Shown in pieces: positions 9,573 to 19,223 of a stretch of DNA of 58,150 bases. Where the stretch lies: NCBI GenBank assembly GCA_046483025.1, contig JAWODZ010000187.1, positions 1 to 58,150 of the forward strand, read 5' to 3'. This stretch comes from a bacterium. GTDB lineage: Bacteria > Zhuqueibacterota > QNDG01 > CAYUAG01. Below the pieces are notes generated by a model. It was not told the origin of the DNA, searched no databases, and saw only the letters and a program-made list of their open reading frames with translations. The translations under genes were made by a program, and so were the position numbers. Every line of letters starts with the position of its first letter. Positions within the stretch are counted from its first letter, which is position 1.

Positions 9573-10277
9573 TCAATATTTTTGATCAAGCTCCTTGAAC
9601 ATTTTTTCTGATTTTTTTCTTACCTTCCTGATCCAGTAATCACTGGTGTTAATTTCTGCAGATATTTGAAAACATTGTTTGCTTTTATCATTTCTGCCTT
9701 GATCAAAATAATATAATCCCTCAGAATACTTTTGAAACGATTCAACCGAACCTCTGGAAATCACTGTTTCCGGTTCAACAGAATATTCAGGTCTGATGGC
9801 TTTTAGTATATCAACACTGATAGTGTATTCCAGAACACTGAAATCATAAAATTCATCTATGGAAAAATATTCTAAAATACTGAATATAATTTCTCCGCTG
9901 GAAATACGTATACCTCTGATATGAAAACGTACATTCGAAGACAATTTGTGAATAGTTGCGGTTATGATGACATCAGCTCCCATCATTTTACCGATTTTAC
10001 TGACACCATCATCTGAAGTTAAACCGCATTCATGTAATTTTATTTCCTGAAGAATCTCACTCAATTTGATTCTTTCTAATACTTTTAAATTGTTAAATTT
10101 ACTCAATCTGTGCGAAATAGCATCGGGCAGTCCGTGACTATAAATCTTGGAGTTTTCAACCTTGCCTAACACCTGGAAAGGTACTACGGCAACTGAATTA
10201 ATCTTTTCTACCGACGACGCATCTCTGTTAAAACCAGATGATAGAATCAACAACGCCAGACAAATAGATTTAAACAT
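9573..10277 (-). CDS. Exported CsgG/FlgO/TolB_N-like protein with C-terminal TPR-like helices
   Basis: VAVVPF, VLERIKLSEILQE and KIGKMMGADVII are CsgG-like; YSEGLYYFDQG is TPR-like; N-terminal signal. Confidence 0.65.
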   Translation of the reverse strand: MFKSICLALLILSSGFNRDASSVEKINSVAVVPFQVLGKVENSKIYSHGLPDAISHRLSKFNNLKVLERIKLSEILQEIKLHECGLTSDDGVSKIGKMMGADVIITATIHKLSSNVRFHIRGIRISSGEIIFSILEYFSIDEFYDFSVLEYTISVDILKAIRPEYSVEPETVISRGSVESFQKYSEGLYYFDQGRNDKSKQCFQISAEINTSDYWIRKVRKKSEKMFKELDQKY

Positions 10278-10298
10278 AATGGATTATTCTCCTGTTTT

Positions 10299-10877
10299 CT
10301 ACCATTGATGGTTCTTTCTCTGTCTGCGTTCTTCATATTTTTTAATTTCTTCTTCCAGTTCTTTAAATACTTTGGAAGAACGAAACCGGGTATACATTTC
10401 TTCATTATCTTTAATCTGCTCCATTAAGGCTTTATTGGAAGCCCCGATTGGATAGGACATCAATACATACGCTCTGAACTTATCATCATGTTTCACAACT
10501 TCCTGTTTGTTCACCTTACTCCCGGAAAGCGCAGTTGATACCACCTGCTTTGAAGCTGCATTAAACTGCTGGAGTATCTGAGTATTTTCACCGCTTCCCA
10601 ACTCTTCCATAAAGTCTTTTTCCAATCCGTCAATTTGAGTTCTTACCTGTCTGGCGATTTCCTGTCTTGCTCCATGTTTGGCTTTGTCAAAGGCTGTCTG
10701 CATATCCACTGAGGTTTGGGTATTAACTCCGAAAAAATTGTTGTCATCAGTAGGGGGATTTTGATACCACACCGGCACTCTGCCGGTCGAAACATCTGTT
10801 AATGACTTGGATCCGGCACATCCTAAATACAAAACACTAAGAATAATTGTAAACATTGTAAGCAATATTGATCTCAT
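10299..10877 (-). CDS. LPP20-family lipoprotein
   Basis: Lipobox YLGC; VPVWY; AFDKAKHGARQEIARQV; FRAYVLM; AAGGAG RBS. Confidence 0.7.
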   Translation of the reverse strand: MRSILLTMFTIILSVLYLGCAGSKSLTDVSTGRVPVWYQNPPTDDNNFFGVNTQTSVDMQTAFDKAKHGARQEIARQVRTQIDGLEKDFMEELGSGENTQILQQFNAASKQVVSTALSGSKVNKQEVVKHDDKFRAYVLMSYPIGASNKALMEQIKDNEEMYTRFRSSKVFKELEEEIKKYEERRQRKNHQW

Positions 10878-10900
10878 TGTAATCTCCTTTTCATAAATAG

Positions 10901-11683
10901 TTAAAAATTAATTTTAAATTCTTTGGTAAATAAAAATTTATTTCCATCTTTATAATAGACATCCAAATTCCATTGTATGGTCTGATTTTTCGGGATACTC
11001 TCAATCGGATACATAAATAATGTGTCAGTTAAAGTTTTTGCAGAAGTAATTATTTTTTCATCTTTTACTCTCTTTAAATAGCACTGATAGTAGTCAGCTT
11101 GCGGCATATAAGGCCATTGGAACACCAATGCTCTTCTTTCAATATTTTTTTTAATAAACATTTTCTTCATAAAGGACTCAGTAAAATCATCTCTTTCTGC
11201 CTGGGAACTTAATTTTGAGTCTGAAATACTGTCCCCATAAGCCTTTGATTTAATGCTTTCAGGGGGATGCACAATAGATTTTTCAGAACTTTTATTAACA
11301 ATTAAACTAAAATCATTTAACGGGCCGGGAGAGCTAAAGAAATACACCATTAATACTATTACCGCTGCAGCAAATCCCGGGATAATCACTCTTGCTGGTC
11401 GAGGCATGGAATTAACATTGTCAATACAATTTTTAACAACAGCAACTATTTTATCTTTTACTCTCATTACAAAGTGTTCCCTGGAACGGACAGCCTCTCT
11501 GAAATCTTCAATATTATTTTTGATGGTTTCAGTAACTGGTAAAAATGAATAATATTCCTTATAACAAGCTTCGCATTCAAGAAGATGTTTCTCAAATTTC
11601 TTCTTTTCCTGAGGAGTCAGCTTGCCAAATTCATAACGTGCCAGAAGGTGTCCAATTTCAGGATCAGTACATTTATCGCTCAT
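10901..11683 (-). CDS. Zinc-binding (zf-HC2/ZAS) transmembrane anti-sigma factor
   Basis: FEKHLLECEAC (HxxxCxxC); TM helix IIPGFAAAVIVLMVYFF; Ig/FN3-like extracytoplasmic tail. ATG 11683 follows GAGGAG and overlaps the sigma stop (ATGA). Confidence 0.85.
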   Translation of the reverse strand: MSDKCTDPEIGHLLARYEFGKLTPQEKKKFEKHLLECEACYKEYYSFLPVTETIKNNIEDFREAVRSREHFVMRVKDKIVAVVKNCIDNVNSMPRPARVIIPGFAAAVIVLMVYFFSSPGPLNDFSLIVNKSSEKSIVHPPESIKSKAYGDSISDSKLSSQAERDDFTESFMKKMFIKKNIERRALVFQWPYMPQADYYQCYLKRVKDEKIITSAKTLTDTLFMYPIESIPKNQTIQWNLDVYYKDGNKFLFTKEFKINF

Positions 11684-12585
11684 ATAATTCTCCTCTTTAT
11701 TGCTTCTTGTTTCAATCTTTTTCTGCATCTGGAAATTATCACATCTATCCTGCTTCTGGATAGATCAGGAAAAGCTTCATGAATAACTTTTATATCCCCG
11801 GTTGAAAAAAGAAGACTGAACACTTTCTTACACCTCTCTCCCATTCCTTGTACGATCTTTAGAAGATGATTCTTTAAATCTTCACATTCCGATAATTCAA
11901 CAGGATGCCACCTGTAAACTGCATCATTAAAAATATTCTCCTCTGAATTAAAATTCATTGCTGTCTTTTTTCCCTTGTTTTCAGAATTCTCTGTTTTAAG
12001 TGAAACATTTCTTTTTCTGATAACATCACTTAATCTCTTTTTATATATTGGTTCATACTCCTCTGCAGATAAGCTTTTAATCTGCTTACGTTCCCTGCTC
12101 ATCTTTCTTCGATATTCTTTATATTTATTGTTCAGTATAGTCTGAGCCCATTGAATAAAGCTTCCTTTAGGTTCTGAATATTTGCATTTCTCAAACACAA
12201 TTTTCAGAGCATTTTGTACAATATCCTCTCCATCTGCTTTTTGAATATAATTTCTGTCTCTATACATTTTTCTCTGCATTAAATTGGAAAATCTCCGGTA
12301 AAGTATGTCGAAAAGTTCTTTTTCACATTTTTCTGAATTCTGTTTTATCCCTTCTACCAATGCTAAAAAATATTGATCAATCTCTTCATCTAATATTTTC
12401 TGAGCCCAATTGATTAATCCATCGTTACTGTCAAAAGAAAATTTATTCTCTTTTATTTTGTTCATTGCTCTGCTTAAGACAATTTCTGTAGATTTTCTCA
12501 TACATAATATCTCTTGTATTAAATGCAAAAATCTTTCAGATAATTTTTCAATATCACGATTTGATAAAAAACTATTACTAATCAT
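11680..12585 (-). CDS. ECF-type sigma-70 family factor with N-terminal extension
   Basis: Region 2 EDIVQNALKIV...SFIQWAQTILNN; region 4 MGERCKKVF...IDVIISRCRKRLK; translationally coupled to the anti-sigma gene. ATG 12585 after AAGGGA is preferred over 12621. Confidence 0.8.
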   Translation of the reverse strand: MISNSFLSNRDIEKLSERFLHLIQEILCMRKSTEIVLSRAMNKIKENKFSFDSNDGLINWAQKILDEEIDQYFLALVEGIKQNSEKCEKELFDILYRRFSNLMQRKMYRDRNYIQKADGEDIVQNALKIVFEKCKYSEPKGSFIQWAQTILNNKYKEYRRKMSRERKQIKSLSAEEYEPIYKKRLSDVIRKRNVSLKTENSENKGKKTAMNFNSEENIFNDAVYRWHPVELSECEDLKNHLLKIVQGMGERCKKVFSLLFSTGDIKVIHEAFPDLSRSRIDVIISRCRKRLKQEAIKRRII

Positions 12586-12698
12586 TATATTATATTCCCT
12601 TAAAATCAAACATAATCTCACACTTTTTATTTATTAAATATACAAAATTCTTGTCTGTATGCAAACATCTTATTAATTATAATATTCTGCAGGAAAAT

Positions 12699-12727
12699 TT
12701 GCATTAAATTAAAATTTTTTTTATATT
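12699..12727 (+). promoter_or_regulatory. Sigma70-type promoter of ablA
   Basis: TTGCAT, 17 bp spacer, TATATT. Confidence 0.5.
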
Positions 12728-12819
12728 AATCTAAATAAAAATTTATAAAGATTCTTATAGATTTTTTATTTTTTATCCATACTAACATTTAAATTGCAGC
12801 ATAATTAAATAGCACAAAG

Positions 12820-14157
12820 GTGAATACTATGAGCATTTATAATAAGCGACAACGAAAAATTTCAGATCAAATTGATTCCAAAGCTGCATTAAAGGAATGG
12901 AAAGACTGGAAATGGCAGTTAAAACATACCATAAAAAATATTGATACATTTGAAGAATTATTAAATATCAAATTTGAGAAGAAGGAACGGGCAAAACTTG
13001 AACAAACAGTTAAAAAATTCCCCCTTTCCATTACTCCTTACTATCTTTCTCTTATTGATGAAAAAAACTACAGAAATGACCCGGTTTATAAGCAAAGTTT
13101 TCCCTCTACCAAAGAATTACATGCATCCAAATATGATATGGTGGATCCTTTAGCTGAAGAAAAAGATTGTCCTGTACCAAACATAACTCATCGGTACCCG
13201 GACAGAGTCCTGTTTCATGTCAGTAATGTATGCTCAATGTACTGCCGTCACTGTACCAGAAAACGCAGAGTAGGTGATATTGACTCTATTCCCAATAAAA
13301 AGGAAATACAGGTAGGAATAAAATATATTAAAGATACCCCCCGGGTACGGGATGTATTACTTTCCGGCGGGGATCCTTTTCTTTTATCTAATAATTACTT
13401 GGACTGGATCATCACAGAATTAAAAAAAATACCTCATGTTGAAGTAATACGTATAGGTACCCGTACTCCGGTAGTGCTTCCCTATCGAATTACTGATAAA
13501 TTAATTGCTATGCTTAAAAAACATACTCCTTTATGGATAAACACCCATTTTAATCATCCCCGGGAAATTACAAAATCATCCATCGAGGCTATAAACAAAC
13601 TGGCTGATGCGGGGATCCCCCTGGGAAACCAATCTGTTCTTCTCGCCGGAGTAAATGATTGTCCCCGGATTATGAAAAAACTGGTACAAAAACTGGTGCA
13701 ATTCCGTATTCGTCCTTACTATTTATATCAATGTGATTTAACCGAAGGGTTATCACATTTCCGTACACCAGTAGGAAAAGGAATTGAAATTATTGAAAGT
13801 CTTATTGGCCATACCAGCGGTTTTGCAGTACCTCGATATGTAATTGACGCTCCAGGTGGAGGCGGAAAAATTCCCGTCAATCCAATCTACTTAATATCCT
13901 GGTCAACAAATAAAGTAATTTTAAGAAATTATGAAGGAGTGATTGCCACTTATAAAGAGCCTGATTCCTATGAGGCGATCTTTTGTGATCGGGATTGTGA
14001 AAATTGCGATCTCACTTTAAATCTTGAACCTGCAGATGAATACAAAGCAATTGGTATTGAAAAGCTGTTAGGCTACAAGGATAAAACCATTTCTCTTATA
14101 CCAAATTCTACTGAAAGATATGACAGGCGTAAAAAAAAATCAAAAAGTAAGAAATAG
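12820..14157 (+). CDS. ablA: Lysine 2,3-aminomutase (radical SAM, KamA/AblA)
   Basis: [23 protein letters not shown] (CxxxCxxC), [19 protein letters not shown] and [10 protein letters not shown] (PLP lysine); beta-lysine acetyltransferase gene nearby. Confidence 0.92.
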   Translation: MNTMSIYNKRQRKISDQIDSKAALKEWKDWKWQLKHTIKNIDTFEELLNIKFEKKERAKLEQTVKKFPLSITPYYLSLIDEKNYRNDPVYKQSFPSTKELHASKYDMVDPLAEEKDCPVPNITHRYPDRVLFHVSNVCSMYCRHCTRKRRVGDIDSIPNKKEIQVGIKYIKDTPRVRDVLLSGGDPFLLSNNYLDWIITELKKIPHVEVIRIGTRTPVVLPYRITDKLIAMLKKHTPLWINTHFNHPREITKSSIEAINKLADAGIPLGNQSVLLAGVNDCPRIMKKLVQKLVQFRIRPYYLYQCDLTEGLSHFRTPVGKGIEIIESLIGHTSGFAVPRYVIDAPGGGGKIPVNPIYLISWSTNKVILRNYEGVIATYKEPDSYEAIFCDRDCENCDLTLNLEPADEYKAIGIEKLLGYKDKTISLIPNSTERYDRRKKKSKSKK

Positions 14158-14162
14158 TGGTT

Positions 14163-14855
14163 TTATTTAAACTCCGATTCCAATACATCTATTATATTCT
14201 TGATATTACCAGAATTGATTTTTCTTCCTTTATGCATAAAAATCCCTCGACTTGCCACACTTTTTGCAAATGGAACATCATGAGTGACTATGATGAAATT
14301 ACTGTCTGCCTGAAGCTCCCTAAGCCATTCAGCAAATTCTCTGGTAGTACCCGCATCAAGGGCTGCGGTTGGTTCATCCAGCATCATATACTCCGGTTTC
14401 AACATTAATCCCCTGGCTATAGCTGCCCGCTGTGCCTGTCCTCCGCTGACCTGGGCACTGTAACTGTCAGCAATATCTGCAATTCCCAAGCGGGTAAGCA
14501 TTTCTAAAGCTTCCAGACTGGCTTGATCAGGTGAGAGATTCTGAACATTGCAGGGAGCAAGTGTCATGTTTTCTAAAATAGTCAGGTGGGGAAATAGATA
14601 TAAATCCTGAAAGACAACTCCCAGCTTCCGACGAAAGTCCAATTCATCCATATCGTATATATTTTCACCATCAATGAGTATGGAACCTTTCTGTGGAGTC
14701 AGAAACCGACTAATACAATTAAGCAAAGTAGTTTTACCTGAACCTGATTCTCCCAGAACAGCAAAAATATGTTCAGGGGGAAATGATGCTGAAAAATCTA
14801 TCAGAGCTTCCATTCCATCTGCATATTTAAACGAAACATTTTTTATCTCAATCAT
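14163..14855 (-). CDS. Polar amino-acid ABC transporter ATP-binding protein
   Basis: Walker A GESGSGKT, VFQ, LFPHLT, signature VSGGQ, Walker B LDEPT and H-loop VTHD. Confidence 0.92.
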   Translation of the reverse strand: MIEIKNVSFKYADGMEALIDFSASFPPEHIFAVLGESGSGKTTLLNCISRFLTPQKGSILIDGENIYDMDELDFRRKLGVVFQDLYLFPHLTILENMTLAPCNVQNLSPDQASLEALEMLTRLGIADIADSYSAQVSGGQAQRAAIARGLMLKPEYMMLDEPTAALDAGTTREFAEWLRELQADSNFIIVTHDVPFAKSVASRGIFMHKGRKINSGNIKNIIDVLESEFK

Positions 14856-16281
14856 AAATAAATCCCTTTTGTTTAATTCGTTTTTCCAACCGACCTGCTA
14901 ACTTCATTAGAGGAAATGTCACTGCAAAAAAGAGTACAGCAGAAATAAAATAATATTTCCCCGGTTCAAAGGTAACACTGATTATAGACTGAGCTTCCCG
15001 GATTACCTCCGGAATGGATATAATTGATATCAAAGCAGTATCTTTGGTTAAAGCAACTACTGAATTCATCAGGGGTGGTACAGCTATTCTGAAGGCCTGG
15101 GGCCATATTACAAATCGAAATCGCTGGATTTTTGAAAGCCCCAGTGCCTGTGCAGCTCGCGCCTGTCCCGGATCTACACTCATTAAACCGGCCCGGATAA
15201 CCTCTGACATATAGGCCATGGTGTTGATTCCCAGGGTACCAATAGCAGCGATATACGGAGTCAACCCAAGTCCCATCCAGACAAAAAGAAGCTGAATTAA
15301 AACTGGAGTTCCCCGGAGGAAGTCCACAATTGTTCTGATTATTAGTGAAGGTACAAAGAGTGCTCCTTTGCGATAAGTTAATAATAACCCGCAGGGAATT
15401 GCCAGCATAAATCCAAGAACAATTGATATCAAAGCTATACTGATAGTTATGCCGAAACCGCGCAGAAGTTTACTTATAATGACTGTTTGTGACATACTGC
15501 CTGTCTGCTCTTTTGATTTAACTGCATCCAGACTAAAATATTTATTATGTTTCTTATTAAGAGTTCCATCATGCTGCATATCCTTCAGGGCATTATTTAT
15601 TTTGGAAAGCAGTACGGTATCATCCAGTCTGACCGGAATAGCAATATCTTCTTTATACAGCATATCTCCGATTGGTACAAAAGGCCGCCCGGATTGTTTT
15701 ATCTGCCAGGCTCCCACAAGCCGGTCGCTAACAAAGCCGGTAATCCGCTTTTGCTCTAAAAGAGTAAATATCTCGGCCGGTGATTTTAAAGTAACCACTT
15801 GGATTTCAGGATAATTTTCTTCTAAATAATGCTGGTAGGTTTCTCCAAGTCCAGTTGCAATTCGTTTCCCCCGGCATTCTTCGATACTGTAGACTTTATC
15901 AGGATTATCCCGGTGAATAAAAAGTTGAGCTCCGGAATGGTAATACGGGATAGAAAAATTTACCTGTCTCTTGCGTTCCTGAGTAACAGCCATTGATCCG
16001 ATAATCACATCATACTTTCCGGCTAGAAGTCCTGCAAGAATACCATCCCATTCAGTAGTAACCAATTGTAACTTCACCCCCATTCTGCGGGCAATCTCCT
16101 GAGAAACTTCAACATCAAAACCAGTAAGCTTGCCGTCTATGCCAACATAACTAAAAGGTGGATATTTTCCAGTTAAAGCAGATGTAAAAATCTTCTCTGA
16201 AGTATCCTGTTGTGCAAAAAGTAAAAGCGGATATGAAAATATTAAAAATATTACAACCAAAATTGAACTGATTTTACCCAT
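14848..16281 (-). CDS. Amino-acid ABC transporter, fused substrate-binding (family 3) and permease protein
   Basis: YPPF, TGFDVE, WDGILAGL and ERKRQVNFS in the binding domain; RGTPVLIQL, AYMSEVIRAG, GQARAAQALG and PQA in the permease. Confidence 0.92.
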   Translation of the reverse strand: MGKISSILVVIFLIFSYPLLLFAQQDTSEKIFTSALTGKYPPFSYVGIDGKLTGFDVEVSQEIARRMGVKLQLVTTEWDGILAGLLAGKYDVIIGSMAVTQERKRQVNFSIPYYHSGAQLFIHRDNPDKVYSIEECRGKRIATGLGETYQHYLEENYPEIQVVTLKSPAEIFTLLEQKRITGFVSDRLVGAWQIKQSGRPFVPIGDMLYKEDIAIPVRLDDTVLLSKINNALKDMQHDGTLNKKHNKYFSLDAVKSKEQTGSMSQTVIISKLLRGFGITISIALISIVLGFMLAIPCGLLLTYRKGALFVPSLIIRTIVDFLRGTPVLIQLLFVWMGLGLTPYIAAIGTLGINTMAYMSEVIRAGLMSVDPGQARAAQALGLSKIQRFRFVIWPQAFRIAVPPLMNSVVALTKDTALISIISIPEVIREAQSIISVTFEPGKYYFISAVLFFAVTFPLMKLAGRLEKRIKQKGFIYD

Positions 16282-16343
16282 AGTATTATTTACCTCAATA
16301 TTGTGATTTAAAAGATGCGATAGAGAAAATAAAATATTATTTC

Positions 16344-16372
16344 TTGAAAATCACATCTTAATTGTTTATATT
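16344..16372 (+). promoter_or_regulatory. Sigma70-type promoter of ablB
   Basis: TTGAAA, 17 bp spacer, TATATT. Confidence 0.5.
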
Positions 16373-16445
16373 TATTTTAATTATAATAAAACTATTAAAA
16401 GAAATCCATAAAATCAAATAAATAGTAAAATTAAGGGAAATAATT

Positions 16446-17282
16446 ATGTTCGATAAAGTAGAAAAACTTAATACTGCTCTTATTCAGCATGGAAAAGCAA
16501 ATAATCGTATATATTTAATGAATACGGGACAAGAACCAGTTACATCATTAATCGATACAATTGAAAATCTTGCTGCTGAACATTCCTATTCAAAACTGTT
16601 CTGTAAGGTTCCTGAGAAATTAATCAAACAGTTTCTTGAACATAATTATCATCAAGAAGCCTATATACCCAATTTTTATAATGGAAGAGAAAAAGTCTTC
16701 TTTATGTCAAAATTCCTGGATCCATCACGGAGAATCCTTAAGCCTGAAGAAAAAAAATCGATCAACAACATAATTGATCTTTCAAATTCAAAAAAAGGTA
16801 CATTTACTCCTCAGACTTCTCCAGAGTTTGATTTTAAAATTCTCGAAAATAATGATATTTCTGATTTGATAAAAGTATATAAAAAAGTATTTGCTACGTA
16901 TCCCTTCCCCATTTATCAGGAAGATTATATTCTTAAAACAATGAAAGTTAATATCGTTTATTTCGGTGCCTTTGTGGGAGAAAAACTTGTCTCAGCTTCT
17001 TCTGCAGAAATGGATATTGTATCACGTAATGTGGAAATGACAGATTTTGCTACTCTTCCTGATTATCTCGGTAACGGACTGGCAGTAATTTTATTAAATG
17101 AAATGGAAAAAGAGATGAAAAACAGAGGTATGAAAACAGCCTATACAATTGCACGATCATTATCTGCCGGTATGAATATTACATTTGCTAAAATGAATTA
17201 CACCTATACTGGTACACTTATTCATAATACAAACATTTCTGGTTCAATAGAAAATATGAATATCTGGTATAAAAATCTTTAA
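16446..17282 (+). CDS. ablB: Beta-lysine N6-acetyltransferase
   Basis: QHGKANNRIYL, VFATYPFPI, EMTDFATLP, AYTIARSLSAGMN and NTNISGSIENMNIWYK match the AblB/YodP family. Confidence 0.88.
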   Translation: MFDKVEKLNTALIQHGKANNRIYLMNTGQEPVTSLIDTIENLAAEHSYSKLFCKVPEKLIKQFLEHNYHQEAYIPNFYNGREKVFFMSKFLDPSRRILKPEEKKSINNIIDLSNSKKGTFTPQTSPEFDFKILENNDISDLIKVYKKVFATYPFPIYQEDYILKTMKVNIVYFGAFVGEKLVSASSAEMDIVSRNVEMTDFATLPDYLGNGLAVILLNEMEKEMKNRGMKTAYTIARSLSAGMNITFAKMNYTYTGTLIHNTNISGSIENMNIWYKNL

Positions 17283-17313
17283 AAATTAATTGAATTAATA
17301 TTAATTAAAAATA

Positions 17314-17871
17314 CTATATTTTCTTAACTTCTTTTTCCTTACTGCTGATCACTTTATCTATTTCATCTATATATTTATCTGTAAGTTCTTGTATGTCAAC
17401 TTCTGCATTATATTTTTCATCTTCGGAAATTTCACCATCATGTTCTGCATCTTTTAATGTCTTCATAGCTTCCTTGCGAATATTTCGAATGGATACCTTT
17501 CTCTGTTCGCCCATATCATGTAACATCTTAATTATTTCTTTTCTTCTCTCTTCTGTCAAAGGAGGAATTGGTAATCGAATGATGTTCCCATCATTATTGG
17601 GAGTTACACCTATATCAGCTTTTAAAATTGCTTTTTCAATTGCGCCCAATTGGGTTTTATCCCACGGTTGTATGGTAATCAATCGGGCTTCAGGTATCCC
17701 TATATTCGCCATCTGTTTCAACGGAGTCATTGTGCCATAATAATCTACTTTAATAGAATCAACCATAGAAAGATTTGCCTGACCGGTTCTTACTTTCCCC
17801 AATTCAGCTTTGGTGTTGAAAAGAGTTTTTTCCATCTGTTGTTTTACATCATTAATAACTTCTTTTATCAT
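17314..17871 (-). CDS. frr: Ribosome recycling factor
   Basis: VRTG, VDYYG, IQPWD and PPLTEERRKE; follows pyrH. Confidence 0.97.
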   Translation of the reverse strand: MIKEVINDVKQQMEKTLFNTKAELGKVRTGQANLSMVDSIKVDYYGTMTPLKQMANIGIPEARLITIQPWDKTQLGAIEKAILKADIGVTPNNDGNIIRLPIPPLTEERRKEIIKMLHDMGEQRKVSIRNIRKEAMKTLKDAEHDGEISEDEKYNAEVDIQELTDKYIDEIDKVISSKEKEVKKI

Positions 17872-17873
17872 GG

Positions 17874-18593
17874 TTATCCTCCCACATAAGTTCCAATATT
17901 ATCTCCTAAAACTATTTCCTTTAGATTGCCTTTTTCTAATAATTTGAATACAATTATGGGGATATCATTTTCTCGACAAAGTGTAACAGCAGTGCTATCC
18001 ATTACGCGTAAATCTTTTTCAATTACCTCCATAAAAGAAACCCTATCATATCGAACCGCAGATTCATTCTGTTCAGGATCAGAATCATAAATACCATCCA
18101 CCTTGGTCCCCTTTAGAATGGCATCAGCTCCGATCTCAATAGCACGGAGAGCAGCAGCTGTATCAGTAGTAAAAAATGGATTTCCTGTGCCAGCAGCAAA
18201 AATTAAAATTCTTCCTTTTTCTAAATGACCGAGCGCTTTTCTTCTCACATAGGTCTCTGCCATAGCTTCTAATCGAATAGCAGACATGACCCTGGAAGGT
18301 AAGTTATCTTTCTCCAAAAAATCCTGAAGGGCAATGGCATTTATAAGAGTAGCTAACATTCCCATATTATCAGCAGCAACTCTATCCATTCCTCTGGTAC
18401 TGGCAGATAACCCCCGAAATATATTTCCTCCTCCAATGACAATACCAATTTCAACATTTAAGTCATAGATGGATTTAATTTCATCAGCAATTTGTTTTAC
18501 CGTTACAGGATCAATCTCAAGTTGAGCATTGGATCGTAAAGCTTCACCACTTAATTTTAAAATAATACGTTTATATAATGGGTTTTTATTTAT
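17874..18593 (-). CDS. pyrH: UMP kinase, probable non-canonical ATA start
   Basis: The frame extends upstream of the ORF-track start (18389): NKNPLYKRIILKLSGEAL...VIGGGNIFRG...DNMGMLAT...GNPFFTTD. No in-frame ATG/GTG/TTG lies before KLSGE; ATA at 18593 follows AGGTGA and gives 239 aa. Confidence 0.93.
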   Translation of the reverse strand: MNKNPLYKRIILKLSGEALRSNAQLEIDPVTVKQIADEIKSIYDLNVEIGIVIGGGNIFRGLSASTRGMDRVAADNMGMLATLINAIALQDFLEKDNLPSRVMSAIRLEAMAETYVRRKALGHLEKGRILIFAAGTGNPFFTTDTAAALRAIEIGADAILKGTKVDGIYDSDPEQNESAVRYDRVSFMEVIEKDLRVMDSTAVTLCRENDIPIIVFKLLEKGNLKEIVLGDNIGTYVGG

Positions 18594-18626
18594 ATCTTCA
18601 CCTGAAAATATTTATTATAGATTGTA

Positions 18627-19220
18627 TTACTCTCCAAGTTGATATCGGACAAATCTTCTGATAGTAATATTTTCACCCAGGCTGCCGGATATCTCCAATA
18701 AATATTCTTTTACTGTTTTATCCGTGTCTTTTACAAAAGATTGCTCTTCTAAAACATTTGCCTGATAAAATTTCTCTAATTTACCATCTACAATTTTATC
18801 GATGATTTTTTCCGGCTTCTTTTCTTCCAGTGCTTGATTACGAAAAATTTCTTTTTCCTTATCAACTAATTCTTGGGGAACATCTTCTCTTGTAACTGCC
18901 ATAGGATTTACAGCTGCAATCTGCATGGCAATATTTTTGGCAAATTGTTTGAAATCATCCGTTTTAGCTACAAAATCGGTTTCACAATTAATTTCTACCA
19001 TAACCCCGATTCTATTACCGGGATGAAGATAGGTCATAATAATACCTTCATTAGTGGTCTTGCCTTCCCTTTTCTTAGCAGAAGCGATACCCTTTTTTCG
19101 AAGAAAATCAACGGCTTTTTCAATATCACCATTACTTTCTAATAATGCTTTCTTGCAATCCATAAATCCAGCACCTGTTTTATCCCGAAGTTTTTTTACT
19201 TCTGTAGCAGAGACTGACAT
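18627..19220 (-). CDS. tsf: Elongation factor Ts (short form)
   Basis: LRDKTGAGFMDCKKAL, EINCETDFVA and RFVRYQLGE. Confidence 0.97.
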   Translation of the reverse strand: MSVSATEVKKLRDKTGAGFMDCKKALLESNGDIEKAVDFLRKKGIASAKKREGKTTNEGIIMTYLHPGNRIGVMVEINCETDFVAKTDDFKQFAKNIAMQIAAVNPMAVTREDVPQELVDKEKEIFRNQALEEKKPEKIIDKIVDGKLEKFYQANVLEEQSFVKDTDKTVKEYLLEISGSLGENITIRRFVRYQLGE

Positions 19221-19223
19221 ATA

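Noticed and set aside
12820-14157. EF-P modification enzyme EpmB or lysine-fermentation KamA
   Set aside because: No efp, epmA or kamDE genes nearby; the ablB homologue explains it better.
17874-18389. pyrH as a truncated pseudogene
   Set aside because: The frame is intact upstream through KLSGE and GGGN; only the start codon is atypical.
18627-19220. Short EF-Ts as a deletion
   Set aside because: EF-Ts forms of about 200 aa are an established natural variant.
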